Source of the DNA: an uncultured Prochlorococcus sp.
Lineage (GTDB): Bacteria > Cyanobacteriota > Cyanobacteriia > PCC-6307 > Cyanobiaceae
Assembly (NCBI GenBank): GCA_964397895.1
Contig: CAYNKY010000001.1
Span: forward strand, 1 to 51,279
Direction: 5' to 3'
Length of the DNA stretch: 51,279 nt
In this document: piece after piece, positions 21,331-31,882 of the stretch
Layout: the number at the start of each line of letters is the position of its first letter
How positions within the stretch are numbered: position 1 is the stretch's first letter
Made by a program: the position numbers and the translations under genes
The notes under the pieces: model-generated
Seen by the model: the letters and a program-made list of their open reading frames with translations, nothing else
Told to the model about the DNA's origin: nothing
Database searches by the model: none

Positions 21331-22056
21331 ATGTCACGTCTTAAATTTAAAAATTCACTCTTTATTTTATTTTTTAGTTTGCTTTTTCCTAATTTAATGC
21401 ATGCTGAAGAGTTATATCTAAAAAGTTTTGGACATAGTAAATTTTTAATTAAGGATGATAAGCACTCTATTTTAATAAATCCATTTAAAGCTACTGGTTG
21501 TGCTCTCGGTTTGAATGATTCTCATGAGATAAAAAATGACTTTATTTTAGCAAGTTCAAGACTAGCGGATGAAGGATATAATCCTTCAAATGAATTAATG
21601 TTCGTTGAACCTGGTACTTATAAATATAAACAATTAATTCTTAATGGAATATCTGTAGCTCATGATCGTTTTGAAGGTAGAAGATATGGTATGGCTACTG
21701 TCTGGGTATGGAATCAAAATAATTTTAAGATCGTTCACATGGGAGGTGCCGCTGGTCAAATATCTATAAAAGATAAAATATTAATTAATAGGCCAGATGT
21801 TTTATTCATTTCAATAGGAGGAGGCTTTAAATCGTATAACGGTCAAGAAGCTGCTGCTTTAGTAAATAATTTAAAGCCCAAAATTGTAATCCCTGTTCAT
21901 TTTCTAAGAAATAAAAATAACGTTGATGGATGTGATTTTTCTAATGAAGATTCATTTTTAAATAATCTTTTAGGTTATAAAATTAAATATATAGGTAATG
22001 AATTCTTTTTGAATCGAAAAATTATGAAAGATAATATAGTTTATATTTTTAGATAG
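21331..22056 (+). CDS. Metallo-beta-lactamase-fold protein with signal peptide and degenerate metal site
   Basis: FGHS.FLI, ILINPF, HD..EG, VHMG, PDVL and VIPVH recall the MBL fold; N-terminal signal-like segment. Confidence 0.75.
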   Translation: MSRLKFKNSLFILFFSLLFPNLMHAEELYLKSFGHSKFLIKDDKHSILINPFKATGCALGLNDSHEIKNDFILASSRLADEGYNPSNELMFVEPGTYKYKQLILNGISVAHDRFEGRRYGMATVWVWNQNNFKIVHMGGAAGQISIKDKILINRPDVLFISIGGGFKSYNGQEAAALVNNLKPKIVIPVHFLRNKNNVDGCDFSNEDSFLNNLLGYKIKYIGNEFFLNRKIMKDNIVYIFR

Positions 22057-22058
22057 TT

Positions 22059-23159
22059 TTAAAGATCAATTTTTTTATATGAATTCCAAAAAGTTTGCAT
22101 TTGATCTTTGGTACCTATACTAATCCTCAAAGAATTCTGGATATTTTTTTTATTACCCATATTTCTTATTAAAATCCCTTCTTTTTTCATTAATTCTTCT
22201 ACAGTTTTTGGATCTTTGTTAGGCCAAATTAAAAAATAATTTCCTCCACAAAAATGGCTTCTTATATTTGTGTCTCTAAATTTTTCCAGAATCCAACTCC
22301 TTGCCTCTTTTACTTTTCTAACATAGTTATTTATATATTCTGTGTCTTTTAATGCTGCTATAGCAGCGTTAACTGCGAAACTATTTACATCATAAGGTCC
22401 AGTAATTTTATTTATATACTTCATTACTTCTTCATTACCAAAAGCAAAGCCAATTCTTAGTCCAGCCAATCCAGCTGTTTTAGAAAGTGATTGAATTATT
22501 ACAATATTCTTAGTTTTCTTGAAGTCAATTTTATCAAGTAAGCTATCCCCATAAAATTTTTCATAAAGTTCATCAACGACAATTAATAATTTTTTATTTA
22601 AATTAGCCATTTCTATAATATCTTCTGATTTAAGAACAGTTCCAGTAGGATTATTAGGATTACAAATAAAAACTAATTTAGGATTGTACTTAATAATTTT
22701 ATCTTTAAAATCTTTCAGTGGAAATTGAAAATCTTTTCCAATATATTCAGAGGTTATGATTTTCATACCTTGCATTTGTGCACAAGGATTGTAATATCCA
22801 AATGTTGGTTCTGTAGTTAGAAATATTTCATTTTTATTACCAAAAGTTTTAAATATTGCATTTATAGCAGCATCAGCTCCATTGAAAATACCAATTTCAT
22901 TTTCGTGAAAAGTCTGATTACAATATTCATTACATAATTCTTTTATTAATAAATTATATTCTGGATAAATAGAAATTTGATTGATTTTGATTGCTCTAAT
23001 AGCATCAAATACTTTTTGACTTGGCCCTAAAGTATTTTCATTAAAGTCTAATCTGAGTAGATCCCTTCTTCCTTCAAGTGGTGCAGAGTAAGACTTCATT
23101 TTTTTTATCTCATCTCTTGGTTCAGGCAAAGATTTATTCAGTTCATTTTTTTTAGGCAT
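22059..23159 (-). CDS. hisC: Histidinol-phosphate aminotransferase family PLP enzyme
   Basis: RLDFNEN, CNPNNPTG, DELY and SLSKTAGLAGLRIG motifs. Start ATG 23159 overlaps the argS stop (TAATG). Confidence 0.8.
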   Translation of the reverse strand: MPKKNELNKSLPEPRDEIKKMKSYSAPLEGRRDLLRLDFNENTLGPSQKVFDAIRAIKINQISIYPEYNLLIKELCNEYCNQTFHENEIGIFNGADAAINAIFKTFGNKNEIFLTTEPTFGYYNPCAQMQGMKIITSEYIGKDFQFPLKDFKDKIIKYNPKLVFICNPNNPTGTVLKSEDIIEMANLNKKLLIVVDELYEKFYGDSLLDKIDFKKTKNIVIIQSLSKTAGLAGLRIGFAFGNEEVMKYINKITGPYDVNSFAVNAAIAALKDTEYINNYVRKVKEARSWILEKFRDTNIRSHFCGGNYFLIWPNKDPKTVEELMKKEGILIRNMGNKKNIQNSLRISIGTKDQMQTFWNSYKKIDL

Positions 23160-24973
23160 TACATTCTCTCTAAATGTTCTATCCCAAGAAGTTCTAAGCT
23201 TAATTTTAAAGTTTTTCCTGTTAGATGACATAAATTTAATCTAGAAGCCTTTATATTTCTTTCCGCTTTTAAAATTGGTAATTGATCATAAAATCTATTA
23301 AAGGTTTGGCATAACTCAAATAAGTAGGTGCATAGCCTATTTGGCATTAAATCATTTTCAACCGAGATTATAACCTCATCATATTTAAGTAATTTTTTTA
23401 GTAATTTCCATTCCAATGGGTGATTATAAATCATCTTGTTTTTATCTAATTTAATTTGGTTAGATTCATTTTTTCTATTGATCCCAGATATTCTTACAAG
23501 TGTATATAAAAGATAAGGCGCAGTATTGCCATTTAGAGCCAGCATTTTTTTAAAACTAAATTGATAATTTGTAATTCTGTTTTGGCTTAAATCAGCATAT
23601 TTAACTGCACTAATTCCGATTACTTTTGATGTTTTTTCAATAAAAATAATATTTTCATTTCTATTCTCTTTCTTTAATCTTAAGGTTAGATCCTCTTTAG
23701 CTTTTTTAATGGCTTCATTTAATAAATCTTTTAATCGTACGGTTTTACCCTCTCTTGTTTTAAGTTTCTTTCCATCTGATCCTTGTACCAAGCCAAATGG
23801 GACATGATCTACTGAGCATCCTTCTGGGATCCAATTTGCTTTTCGTGCTACCTGAAAAACGCCATAAAAATGATTTGATTGACCTTGATCAGTAACATAT
23901 ATAATTCTTCTCGCACCATCACCCTTTGGACTTTGAGTTAATCTATATTTAATTGCTGCCAAATCAGTTGTAGCATAGTTAAAACCCCCATCTTTTTTTT
24001 GAATAATAAGAGGAAATGGTTTGCCTTCTTTATTACTTAATCCATCGATAAATACACATTTGGCTCCTTGATCATCAATAGAAATATTTTTTGATTCAAG
24101 CTCTTCAATTATTGAATTTAAAAAAGGTTGATAAAATGATTCTCCTCTTTCTTCTATTTTTATATCTAACTTCTTATAGATAAGATTAAATTCTTTTCTA
24201 GATTGATTGCATAATAACTTCCAAGCAGAAATAGAATCTAAATCTCCTCTTTGCAATTTAATAACTTCTTCTCTAGCTTTTTTTTGGAAGTTAATTTCAT
24301 CATCAAATCTTTTTTTTGATTCTTTATAAAATTCAACTAGATCCCCAATTTTGATTTGTTCTTCAGAGATTAATGCTTCTGGGATGACATCTTTTAAGTG
24401 CGCTATGAGCATACCAAATTGTGTGCCCCAATCTCCAACATGATTTATTCTTTTTACAACATAACCTCTTAATTCAAAAATTCTAGCTAATGAGTCTCCT
24501 ATTATTGTGGATCTTAAATGCCCCACATGCATCTCCTTAGCAATGTTAGGACTTGAAAAATCTATAATAATTTTATTATTAGTTGCATTGTTAGAAGATG
24601 AAAAGGCCAAAGGGATGCCTAATCGAGAGCATTGTAAATTACTAATTAATTTATTTATGAGAATCGATTTTTTTAAAGAAATATTTATAAAACCAGGACC
24701 AGCAATTTCTAACTTTTCACATAATTTTGTAACTTCTTTGATACTTTTAACATCTTCAATAAAATCTAAAGCTATTTCTCTAGGATTTTGGCCATAAATT
24801 TTTGATAAAATTAAACTTATATTTGATTGGTAATCACCAAATTCTTCTTTTGAAGACTGAACGATGATGTTTTTCCTAATATTTTCAAATAGTTCAATTT
24901 TATTATTTTTATTAAGATTCTCTTTTAACGAGATTTCAAAATATTTTGTTAAAACGTTGGAAATTTCTAGCAT
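23159..24973 (-). CDS. argS: Arginine--tRNA ligase
   Basis: [37 protein letters not shown] and GNTAPYLLY motifs. Confidence 0.98.
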   Translation of the reverse strand: MLEISNVLTKYFEISLKENLNKNNKIELFENIRKNIIVQSSKEEFGDYQSNISLILSKIYGQNPREIALDFIEDVKSIKEVTKLCEKLEIAGPGFINISLKKSILINKLISNLQCSRLGIPLAFSSSNNATNNKIIIDFSSPNIAKEMHVGHLRSTIIGDSLARIFELRGYVVKRINHVGDWGTQFGMLIAHLKDVIPEALISEEQIKIGDLVEFYKESKKRFDDEINFQKKAREEVIKLQRGDLDSISAWKLLCNQSRKEFNLIYKKLDIKIEERGESFYQPFLNSIIEELESKNISIDDQGAKCVFIDGLSNKEGKPFPLIIQKKDGGFNYATTDLAAIKYRLTQSPKGDGARRIIYVTDQGQSNHFYGVFQVARKANWIPEGCSVDHVPFGLVQGSDGKKLKTREGKTVRLKDLLNEAIKKAKEDLTLRLKKENRNENIIFIEKTSKVIGISAVKYADLSQNRITNYQFSFKKMLALNGNTAPYLLYTLVRISGINRKNESNQIKLDKNKMIYNHPLEWKLLKKLLKYDEVIISVENDLMPNRLCTYLFELCQTFNRFYDQLPILKAERNIKASRLNLCHLTGKTLKLSLELLGIEHLERM

Positions 24974-24999
24974 AAAATATTAAAAATTAATCTAGCAAT

Positions 25000-25866
25000 T
25001 TAATCAATATAACGCATACTGAAGTCAATCCATTGACTTTTAGTTGACCCTGAACTAGTAGAGATAAAATCAATACCATCGATTAAGTATTTTTCAATTT
25101 CTTGAGGATTAATTCCAGATACCTCAAAAGTTAAATCTTTTTTTGCATTTTTGTTCATCTTATTTAAAGATATTTCTTTAAGGATTTTTATATTTTCTTT
25201 TAATAAATTAACTTCAATTTCATCTAATAGAATACTATCTGCTCCAGCTAATATAGCTTCTTTTGCTTGTTTTATATTTTCAGCTTCAACAATTATATGG
25301 GTGGTAAAGGGTGTGTTTAATCTTATTTGTTTGATTGCATTAAATAAATTATCACTCCATGCAATATGATTCTCTTTAAGCATTGCTGCATCATAAAGAC
25401 CCATTCTATGATTAATTCCTCCTCCGCATCTAAATGCATATTTCTCTAAAATTCTTAAACCAGGTGTAGTTTTCCTTGTATCTGCGAGTTTTATTTTTGT
25501 ATGTTTTATTTTTTCAACTAATTTATATGTATGAGTCGTAATACCAGAAAGATGCATTGCAATATTCAAAGCAATTCTTTCACTAGCTAATAAGCTTATA
25601 GCTGGCCCAGTTAATTCTAAGAGGTTTTGATTCTTCTTAAATTTTTCTCCGTCCTTTATTGCGAAGCTGAATTTTAAATTATTATCAATTTTATTGAATA
25701 TTTTTTTAATTATTTCAACACCGCAAAATACACCATCTTGTTTAGATATCCAACATGCTTGGCCAATTTCTTTAGTAATGCATGATTTTGTAAGATCACC
25801 ACTACCAATATCTTCTAGAATCCAATTATCAATAATTGTTTCTATTTGCGGAGTATTCCAGTCCAA
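25000..25866 (-). CDS. nadC: Quinolinate phosphoribosyltransferase
   Basis: EDIGSGDLT, ERIALN, DTRKTTPG and HRMGLYDAAMLKENH motifs. Confidence 0.96.
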   Translation of the reverse strand: MDWNTPQIETIIDNWILEDIGSGDLTKSCITKEIGQACWISKQDGVFCGVEIIKKIFNKIDNNLKFSFAIKDGEKFKKNQNLLELTGPAISLLASERIALNIAMHLSGITTHTYKLVEKIKHTKIKLADTRKTTPGLRILEKYAFRCGGGINHRMGLYDAAMLKENHIAWSDNLFNAIKQIRLNTPFTTHIIVEAENIKQAKEAILAGADSILLDEIEVNLLKENIKILKEISLNKMNKNAKKDLTFEVSGINPQEIEKYLIDGIDFISTSSGSTKSQWIDFSMRYID

Positions 25867-25944
25867 ATTTTCAGTAAATATATTTTATATTTTAACTTCT
25901 ATATAATAGAAAATCTTAATTTTTAGATTTTTTTATTTTTTGAT

Positions 25945-27327
25945 TTATTTCCCAATACAAAACTTTGAAAATATATTATTCAATAAATCTTCTGTTAATT
26001 CTTGCCCAGTTAATTTAGATAAATTTTTCAGACTTTCTCTTAATTCAATTGATAATAGATCAAAGGGTAATTGATGATTAATAATTTCATCAGTAGCATA
26101 TAAATTATCCAATGAGTTTTTTAAATTTGAAATTTGCCGTTCATTTAGAATAACTTCTAAATCATCAGATCTTTTATACGCACATTTCTTGATGATTTTT
26201 TTTATCAAGTCTTCTTCTCCTATGTTTTTTGCAATACTCATAAAAATAGAATTTTTGTAATTTATGTTTTTTTTTAAAATATTGTTTTCAATCAAATCTA
26301 ATTTATTACCTAATAGAGTTAAAAGTTTTTTCTGTGGAATATCTTTAATTATTGATTTATCATATGAATCTAAACCTTTCGTTAAATCATAGACGTAAAT
26401 AATAAAGTCAGCTTCTTTAATCATATCTATACTTTTATCAATACCTAATCTCTCAATTTTATCTTCAGTTTTTCTTATGCCAGCAGTATCTACAATACGA
26501 AATGGTATATCTTCAATAATAAGACTAACTTCTATAGTATCTCTTGTCGTGCCAGGGATATCAGTGACTATAGCTTTATTTTTTTTTGATAATAAATTTA
26601 GTAATGAACTTTTTCCTACATTTGTTTGACCTATAAGTCCTATTGTTATTCCATTCTCTAAATAAGAATTATTCTTTGAGTTATGTATTAAAATCTCAAT
26701 CTTTTGTTTAATTTTTTTTAAATTTGCTTGAAACTTTGAATAATTAAATTCTTCAAAATCTTCTTCGAAATCTACTCTTGCTTCAATTTCAGCAAGCTGC
26801 TCTATTAATAAATTTTTAATAAAAGATATTTTTTTGTTTACTTCTCCCTGTAATCCTTTAAAAGCTAATTCAGCTGATCTAATATTTTTTGCACTAATTA
26901 GTTGGTTTATTGCTTCTGCTTGAGTTAAGTCTATTTTCCCATTTAAAAAAGCTCTTTGGCTAAATTCACCAGGATTAGCAATCCGTATTTTTGGATTTTC
27001 TAGAAGAATACTTAAAACTCTTTTAACAATGACAATTCCGCCATGACAATGCAATTCAACAACATCTTCTCCTGTAAAGCTATTTGGGCCTTTCATTACA
27101 ATTATTAAAATCTCATCTATTAATTTTCCTTTTACATTTTCTTTAATGTAACCATGAAAAACTTTATGAGATTCCCAAGCATCTTTTGATTTTGTTTTAA
27201 CAATATTTTTGCAGCAATTAATTGATTTATTACCAGAGACTCTAATCACAGCTACTCCTCCTTCTCCTAATTTTATTGCAGAAGCAATTGCTGCGATTGT
27301 ATCTTCTGTTGGGATTATTGATTCCAT
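25945..27327 (-). CDS. mnmE: tRNA modification GTPase MnmE/TrmE
   Basis: [35 protein letters not shown] and C-terminal FCIGK. Confidence 0.97.
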   Translation of the reverse strand: MESIIPTEDTIAAIASAIKLGEGGVAVIRVSGNKSINCCKNIVKTKSKDAWESHKVFHGYIKENVKGKLIDEILIIVMKGPNSFTGEDVVELHCHGGIVIVKRVLSILLENPKIRIANPGEFSQRAFLNGKIDLTQAEAINQLISAKNIRSAELAFKGLQGEVNKKISFIKNLLIEQLAEIEARVDFEEDFEEFNYSKFQANLKKIKQKIEILIHNSKNNSYLENGITIGLIGQTNVGKSSLLNLLSKKNKAIVTDIPGTTRDTIEVSLIIEDIPFRIVDTAGIRKTEDKIERLGIDKSIDMIKEADFIIYVYDLTKGLDSYDKSIIKDIPQKKLLTLLGNKLDLIENNILKKNINYKNSIFMSIAKNIGEEDLIKKIIKKCAYKRSDDLEVILNERQISNLKNSLDNLYATDEIINHQLPFDLLSIELRESLKNLSKLTGQELTEDLLNNIFSKFCIGK

Positions 27328-27394
27328 TGCTCGCTGTATAAAAGAATATTAAGTAGTATTAATTTAGATAATTTGAAGAATAACTATTTTTAGA

Positions 27395-27835
27395 ATGAAT
27401 CTTATAAAAGATTATAACTTTAAAAAAATTGTATCATTATTCTGGCAACAAGATGGAAGCCCTTATTACAAAGCAAAGGGAGTTGCAGTAGGTGTATTTA
27501 GTGGATGTTTCCCATTTTTTGGATTACAGACTTTAATTGGAATCTTTTTTGCTCAAATTATTAAAGGTAATTTATTTCTGGCTGCTTTAGGGACATGGAT
27601 AAGTAATCCCTTCACTTATATTCCTCTTTATATTTTAAATTATAAAATTGGAAATTTTATATTAAGAGGTAAATCTGATTTAACACTAGATTTAACTCTA
27701 ATAAAAGATAATTTCTTTGGCCAAGGATGGTTTATAACATCAAGATTAATATTGGGTTCTTCTATTGTAGGACTTTTTTTGGGAATATTATTTGGATCTA
27801 TGACTTATTATTTATTTAGATTTTATAAAAAATAA
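27395..27835 (+). CDS. DUF2062-family membrane protein
   Basis: SP...A.GVAVGVF, PFFGLQT and TWISNPFT motifs; hydrophobic helices. Confidence 0.85.
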   Translation: MNLIKDYNFKKIVSLFWQQDGSPYYKAKGVAVGVFSGCFPFFGLQTLIGIFFAQIIKGNLFLAALGTWISNPFTYIPLYILNYKIGNFILRGKSDLTLDLTLIKDNFFGQGWFITSRLILGSSIVGLFLGILFGSMTYYLFRFYKK

Positions 27836-27922
27836 CTTTTAAAAAAAATTTATTTTTATAACCTTTTAAAAAACAATTATTCTTCAAAAGTTTATAAAAT
27901 TATAATTTTTAAAAGTTATTTT
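27829..27922. repeat. Long AT-rich inverted repeat across the convergent DUF2062/rel junction; candidate bidirectional terminator
   Basis: Outer arms 27829-27845 and 27906-27922 are a perfect 17-bp inverted repeat. Inner arms 27854-27867 and 27886-27899 pair at 13/14. Confidence 0.65.
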
Positions 27923-30225
27923 AATTCAACTCTTGCTATTGCTAATACATCAGCCATTGATTTAATTTGTTCAATTGTTTTGTTCAGTTGATTAGAACTT
28001 TCTAACTCAACGCAAAGATTTATAATTGCAGGTTTTTCAAAGGCTGTTTTAACGCTCGCATCAATAACATTTATACTTTTGTCAGATAATCTCATTAGTA
28101 TATCTTTCAAGACGCCTACTCTATCAATAACTTCTATTCTTAATTGAATAGGAAATTTATTATTGTTATGTTTATTATTTTCATTCCATCCTACAGGAAG
28201 TCTTCTTTCTATCGGAATTGGATTAATATTTTCACAATCTCTCCTGTGAATAGTAATACCATGATTTCCTAGTGATACAGCACCAATAATATCTTCACCA
28301 GGTAATGGGCTACAACATTTGCCGATTCTATAATCTAAACCCTCAACTCCAGAAATTGGAGATTTTTGAGTATCTCTTGCATGATTCTTGAATTGTTGAT
28401 TATTATCTTTTATATTTTGTACAATTTCTTTATCGGTATCATTTTTATTATTTTCATTCTTTAATTTTATTTCTTCTCTCAGTTTATTTAATACTTGGTG
28501 CAATGTTAGCCCTCCATAACCCAATGATGCTAAAAGGTCATCAGTAGTTTTTAAATTACATCTTTGAGCTACTCTTTTCATTTCTTCACTTGACATTAAA
28601 GATTCAAAACCATTTTTCCCTATTTCTTTCTCTAATAAATCTCTTCCACGTTTGATGGTTTCTTCTCTATGACTTTTTTTATACCATTGTCTAATCCTAT
28701 TCTTAGCAGTTGGTGTGATTGTGAAATTTAGCCAATCTAAACTTGGACTGGCATTGTTAGCAGTTAATATTTCTACAAAATCTCCATTTTTTAATACAGT
28801 TGATAATGGGGATAATTTTTCATTAATTCTTATACCATTACAATGGTTGCCTATTTCTGAGTGGATCCTATATGCGAAATCAATTGCAGTGGAACCTTTC
28901 CTTAGAGCGACTACATCACCTCTAGGTGTGATAACAAAAACCTCTTCATCAAAAAGATCTTCTTTTATAGAAGCCAAATAATCATTATGATCTTTTTCAT
29001 TCTCTTCTTGTTGCCACTCAACTAGATGTCTTAACCAATTAAATTTTTCTGCTTCTCCTAAGGCAGGGGAGCCTCCCTCTTTATATTTCCAATGTGCAGC
29101 AATTCCAAATTCAGCAACTTGATGCATCTCTGCTGTTCTAATTTGAACTTCTATTGGCCTATGTTTACCAATTACTGAGGTATGCAAGGATTGGTAGCCA
29201 TTTGGTTTTGGTAGGCCTATATAGTCTTTAAATCTGCCAGGTATTGGTTTAAAAGTATCATGAACTACAGCAAGAGATCTATAGCAACTGTCAGTATTAG
29301 GTACGATAATTCTTAATGCTGCTACATCGTATATTTCATGAAATTGCTTTTGTTGACGTCTCATTTTGCTCCAGATGCCATAAAGATGTTTTGGTCTCCC
29401 AGATATTTCAAATTTATCTAATCCTGCAGCAAATAAATTATCTTTAATTATATTTATTGTATTTTTTAAACGTAATTCTCTATCACTTCTTTTGATAGCA
29501 ATTTGATTCTTTAAATTTTCATATTCTTCAGACTCAAGAAATTTAAATGCTAAATCCTCTAATTCCCATTTAAATCTGTTTATTCCTAATCTATTCGCTA
29601 ATGGAGCATATATTTCTCTTGTTTCTCGAGCTATTCTTCTTTGCCTCTCTACATTTAGCCATTCAATTGTTCTCATATTATGAAGACGATCAGCCAATTT
29701 TACAAGCACAACTCTTATATCTCTTGACATAGCTAAAAACATTTTTCTTAGATTTTCAGCTTGAGCTTCTGTTCGATTTGTAAAATGAATTCCACCAAGT
29801 TTGGTAACTCCTTCAACAAGAATTTTTACTTCTAAACCAAATTTAGATTCTATATCTGCAAGCGGAATGCCTGTATCTTCTACAACATCATGCAGCAGTC
29901 CAGCTGCTATAACTGAATTACTTGCTCCTATTTTATAAAGAAGATCAGCTACTGCTACTGGGTGAATTATATATGGCTCACCGCTAGCTCTTAATTGCCC
30001 ATGATGAGCTTCATATGCCAACTTAAAAGCATCGGAAACTAAAGTCGTATTTAAGTTCTTTTTATTTTTGCAATGATCATTATTATTTATTTGCTTCACT
30101 AGCCATTTTGGAAGTTTTACATCATATTGCGATAAATCACTTTTAAATTTTTTATTTTCAGGCAAAATAACTTTTGAAACCATTTGGTTTCTCTTTTTGT
30201 TTGAATTTGTTTTTGCTTCAAACAT
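27916..30225 (-). CDS. spoT: Bifunctional (p)ppGpp synthetase/hydrolase (Rel/SpoT)
   Basis: Intact HD motif LHDVVED, RPKH, RFKDY, GYQSLH and EVQIRT; TGS, CC..H..C and ACT domains. Confidence 0.96.
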   Translation of the reverse strand: MFEAKTNSNKKRNQMVSKVILPENKKFKSDLSQYDVKLPKWLVKQINNNDHCKNKKNLNTTLVSDAFKLAYEAHHGQLRASGEPYIIHPVAVADLLYKIGASNSVIAAGLLHDVVEDTGIPLADIESKFGLEVKILVEGVTKLGGIHFTNRTEAQAENLRKMFLAMSRDIRVVLVKLADRLHNMRTIEWLNVERQRRIARETREIYAPLANRLGINRFKWELEDLAFKFLESEEYENLKNQIAIKRSDRELRLKNTINIIKDNLFAAGLDKFEISGRPKHLYGIWSKMRRQQKQFHEIYDVAALRIIVPNTDSCYRSLAVVHDTFKPIPGRFKDYIGLPKPNGYQSLHTSVIGKHRPIEVQIRTAEMHQVAEFGIAAHWKYKEGGSPALGEAEKFNWLRHLVEWQQEENEKDHNDYLASIKEDLFDEEVFVITPRGDVVALRKGSTAIDFAYRIHSEIGNHCNGIRINEKLSPLSTVLKNGDFVEILTANNASPSLDWLNFTITPTAKNRIRQWYKKSHREETIKRGRDLLEKEIGKNGFESLMSSEEMKRVAQRCNLKTTDDLLASLGYGGLTLHQVLNKLREEIKLKNENNKNDTDKEIVQNIKDNNQQFKNHARDTQKSPISGVEGLDYRIGKCCSPLPGEDIIGAVSLGNHGITIHRRDCENINPIPIERRLPVGWNENNKHNNNKFPIQLRIEVIDRVGVLKDILMRLSDKSINVIDASVKTAFEKPAIINLCVELESSNQLNKTIEQIKSMADVLAIARVELK

Positions 30226-30280
30226 TTTCTTTCGCCTTTTATATATCTTATTTATTACTAGTAAACTTTGCTACAAAATT

Positions 30281-31882
30281 ATGAAAATAAATTTCAGCAG
30301 AATTATTGAGATTAAGAACTTAACGGTTAGTTATAACTCAAATAAAATACCTATTTTGAGGAATCTTCATTTAGATATGAAGAGAGGAGAAAATCTTGCA
30401 ATTATAGGAGAATCAGGATGTGGCAAAAGTACTTTTGCAAAATCATTAATAAATATGCTTCCAGAAGGCTCAATTTGTGAAGGAGATTTATTTATTGATG
30501 GAAAAGATTTAAGAAACATGACTAAAGAAGAATTAGAAATATTTAGGAGAACAAAATTTGGTTACATTTATCAAGACTCGATAAAGAAATTAAATCCTTT
30601 AATGTCTGTTGGAGCTCATTTATATGAATTACTAAAAATTCATTGGAGATATAAATCAAATATTTTTATAGAAAAAAGTGTTAAAGAAATCTTTAATAAA
30701 GTTAGGATTGATACTTCAAGATTAAATTCTTATCCTCATGAATTTAGTGGAGGAATGCGTCAAAGGGTCTGTATCGCATTAGCTTTAGCATTGAATCCAT
30801 TGATTTTAATAGCAGATGAACCCACAACTAGTCTAGATTCTTTAACGAGTTATGAAATAATGAAAGAGCTTGTTGATTTGTGTAAAAATTTTGGTAGCAC
30901 TTTAATTTTGATAAGTCATGATATTGGTCTAGCAGCTAAATGGTGTAAAGAAGTTGCCATTATTGAAAATGGAATGATTATCGAAAGAGGCTCCATAACA
31001 GAAATTTTTAATTCTCCTAAATCTGCTATTGGCAAAAAATTAGTAAATTCTTCAGTCTCTTCAGTTGAACCAAATTTAAATGATAATAAATTAAATGAAA
31101 TAATTTTAGAGGCAGAAAATCTAAGATATTGGTATAGATTAAATTCTTCCATAATTAACCCTAAGTGGAATAGAGCTCTTAATGAGGTGACATTTAAATT
31201 AAAAATAAATGAAACTATTGGAGTGGTTGGTCTCTCTGGAAGCGGTAAAAGTACTTTAGGTAAGGCTTTAGTTGGTCTTTTAGAATTAAGAGGTGGAAAT
31301 ATAAAATACTATATCAATAACAATAAATTTAAATCTATTAAAAATCAAAAAATTAATAGTCTAAATATTATTCAAATGATTTTCCAAGATCCCTTTTCTA
31401 GCTTAAATCCAAAGATGACTATTATAGATACATTGGAGGATATAGGTAGGATGAATGATTTTTATAAACCAAAAAATTTTAGAAAAGAGATTTATTCCAT
31501 TTTTAATAAGCTGCATTTACCGATTAATAATAATTTCTTAAATTCCTATCCTAGTCAATTATCTGGTGGACAATTGCAGAGGATTTCAATAGCAAGAGCA
31601 ATTCTTTTAAAACCTAAAATCTTGATTTGCGATGAAAGTTTGAATATGCTTGATGCACCAGTAAAAATAGAAATACTTCAACTCTTGAGAAAAATTCAAA
31701 ATGAGATGCAAATTTCAATTATTTTCATTACTCATGAACTAGGGTTGGCAAAGAAATTTTGCGATAGAATATTAATAATTAATAAGGGTAAGATTATAGA
31801 GGAGGGTTATTCTCAAAATATTTTTAAAGATCCAAAACATTCAATAACAAAAAATTTAATACATAGTAGTTTAGATATTTAA
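30281..31882 (+). CDS. Fused double-NBD ABC ATPase, peptide/nickel (DppD/DppF-like) family
   Basis: Two Walker A (GESGCGKS, GLSGSGKS), signatures FSGGMRQR and LSGGQLQR, Walker B IADEP and ICDES. ATG 30281 is preferred because TTG 30197 overlaps the rel start. Confidence 0.9.
   Translation: MKINFSRIIEIKNLTVSYNSNKIPILRNLHLDMKRGENLAIIGESGCGKSTFAKSLINMLPEGSICEGDLFIDGKDLRNMTKEELEIFRRTKFGYIYQDSIKKLNPLMSVGAHLYELLKIHWRYKSNIFIEKSVKEIFNKVRIDTSRLNSYPHEFSGGMRQRVCIALALALNPLILIADEPTTSLDSLTSYEIMKELVDLCKNFGSTLILISHDIGLAAKWCKEVAIIENGMIIERGSITEIFNSPKSAIGKKLVNSSVSSVEPNLNDNKLNEIILEAENLRYWYRLNSSIINPKWNRALNEVTFKLKINETIGVVGLSGSGKSTLGKALVGLLELRGGNIKYYINNNKFKSIKNQKINSLNIIQMIFQDPFSSLNPKMTIIDTLEDIGRMNDFYKPKNFRKEIYSIFNKLHLPINNNFLNSYPSQLSGGQLQRISIARAILLKPKILICDESLNMLDAPVKIEILQLLRKIQNEMQISIIFITHELGLAKKFCDRILIINKGKIIEEGYSQNIFKDPKHSITKNLIHSSLDI

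Noticed and set aside
13740-26275. A9/T9 homopolymers in menE (13740-48), menF (16161-69) and mnmE (26267-75) as phase-variation tracts
   Set aside because: The frames are intact, such runs are common at this AT content, and the genes are housekeeping.
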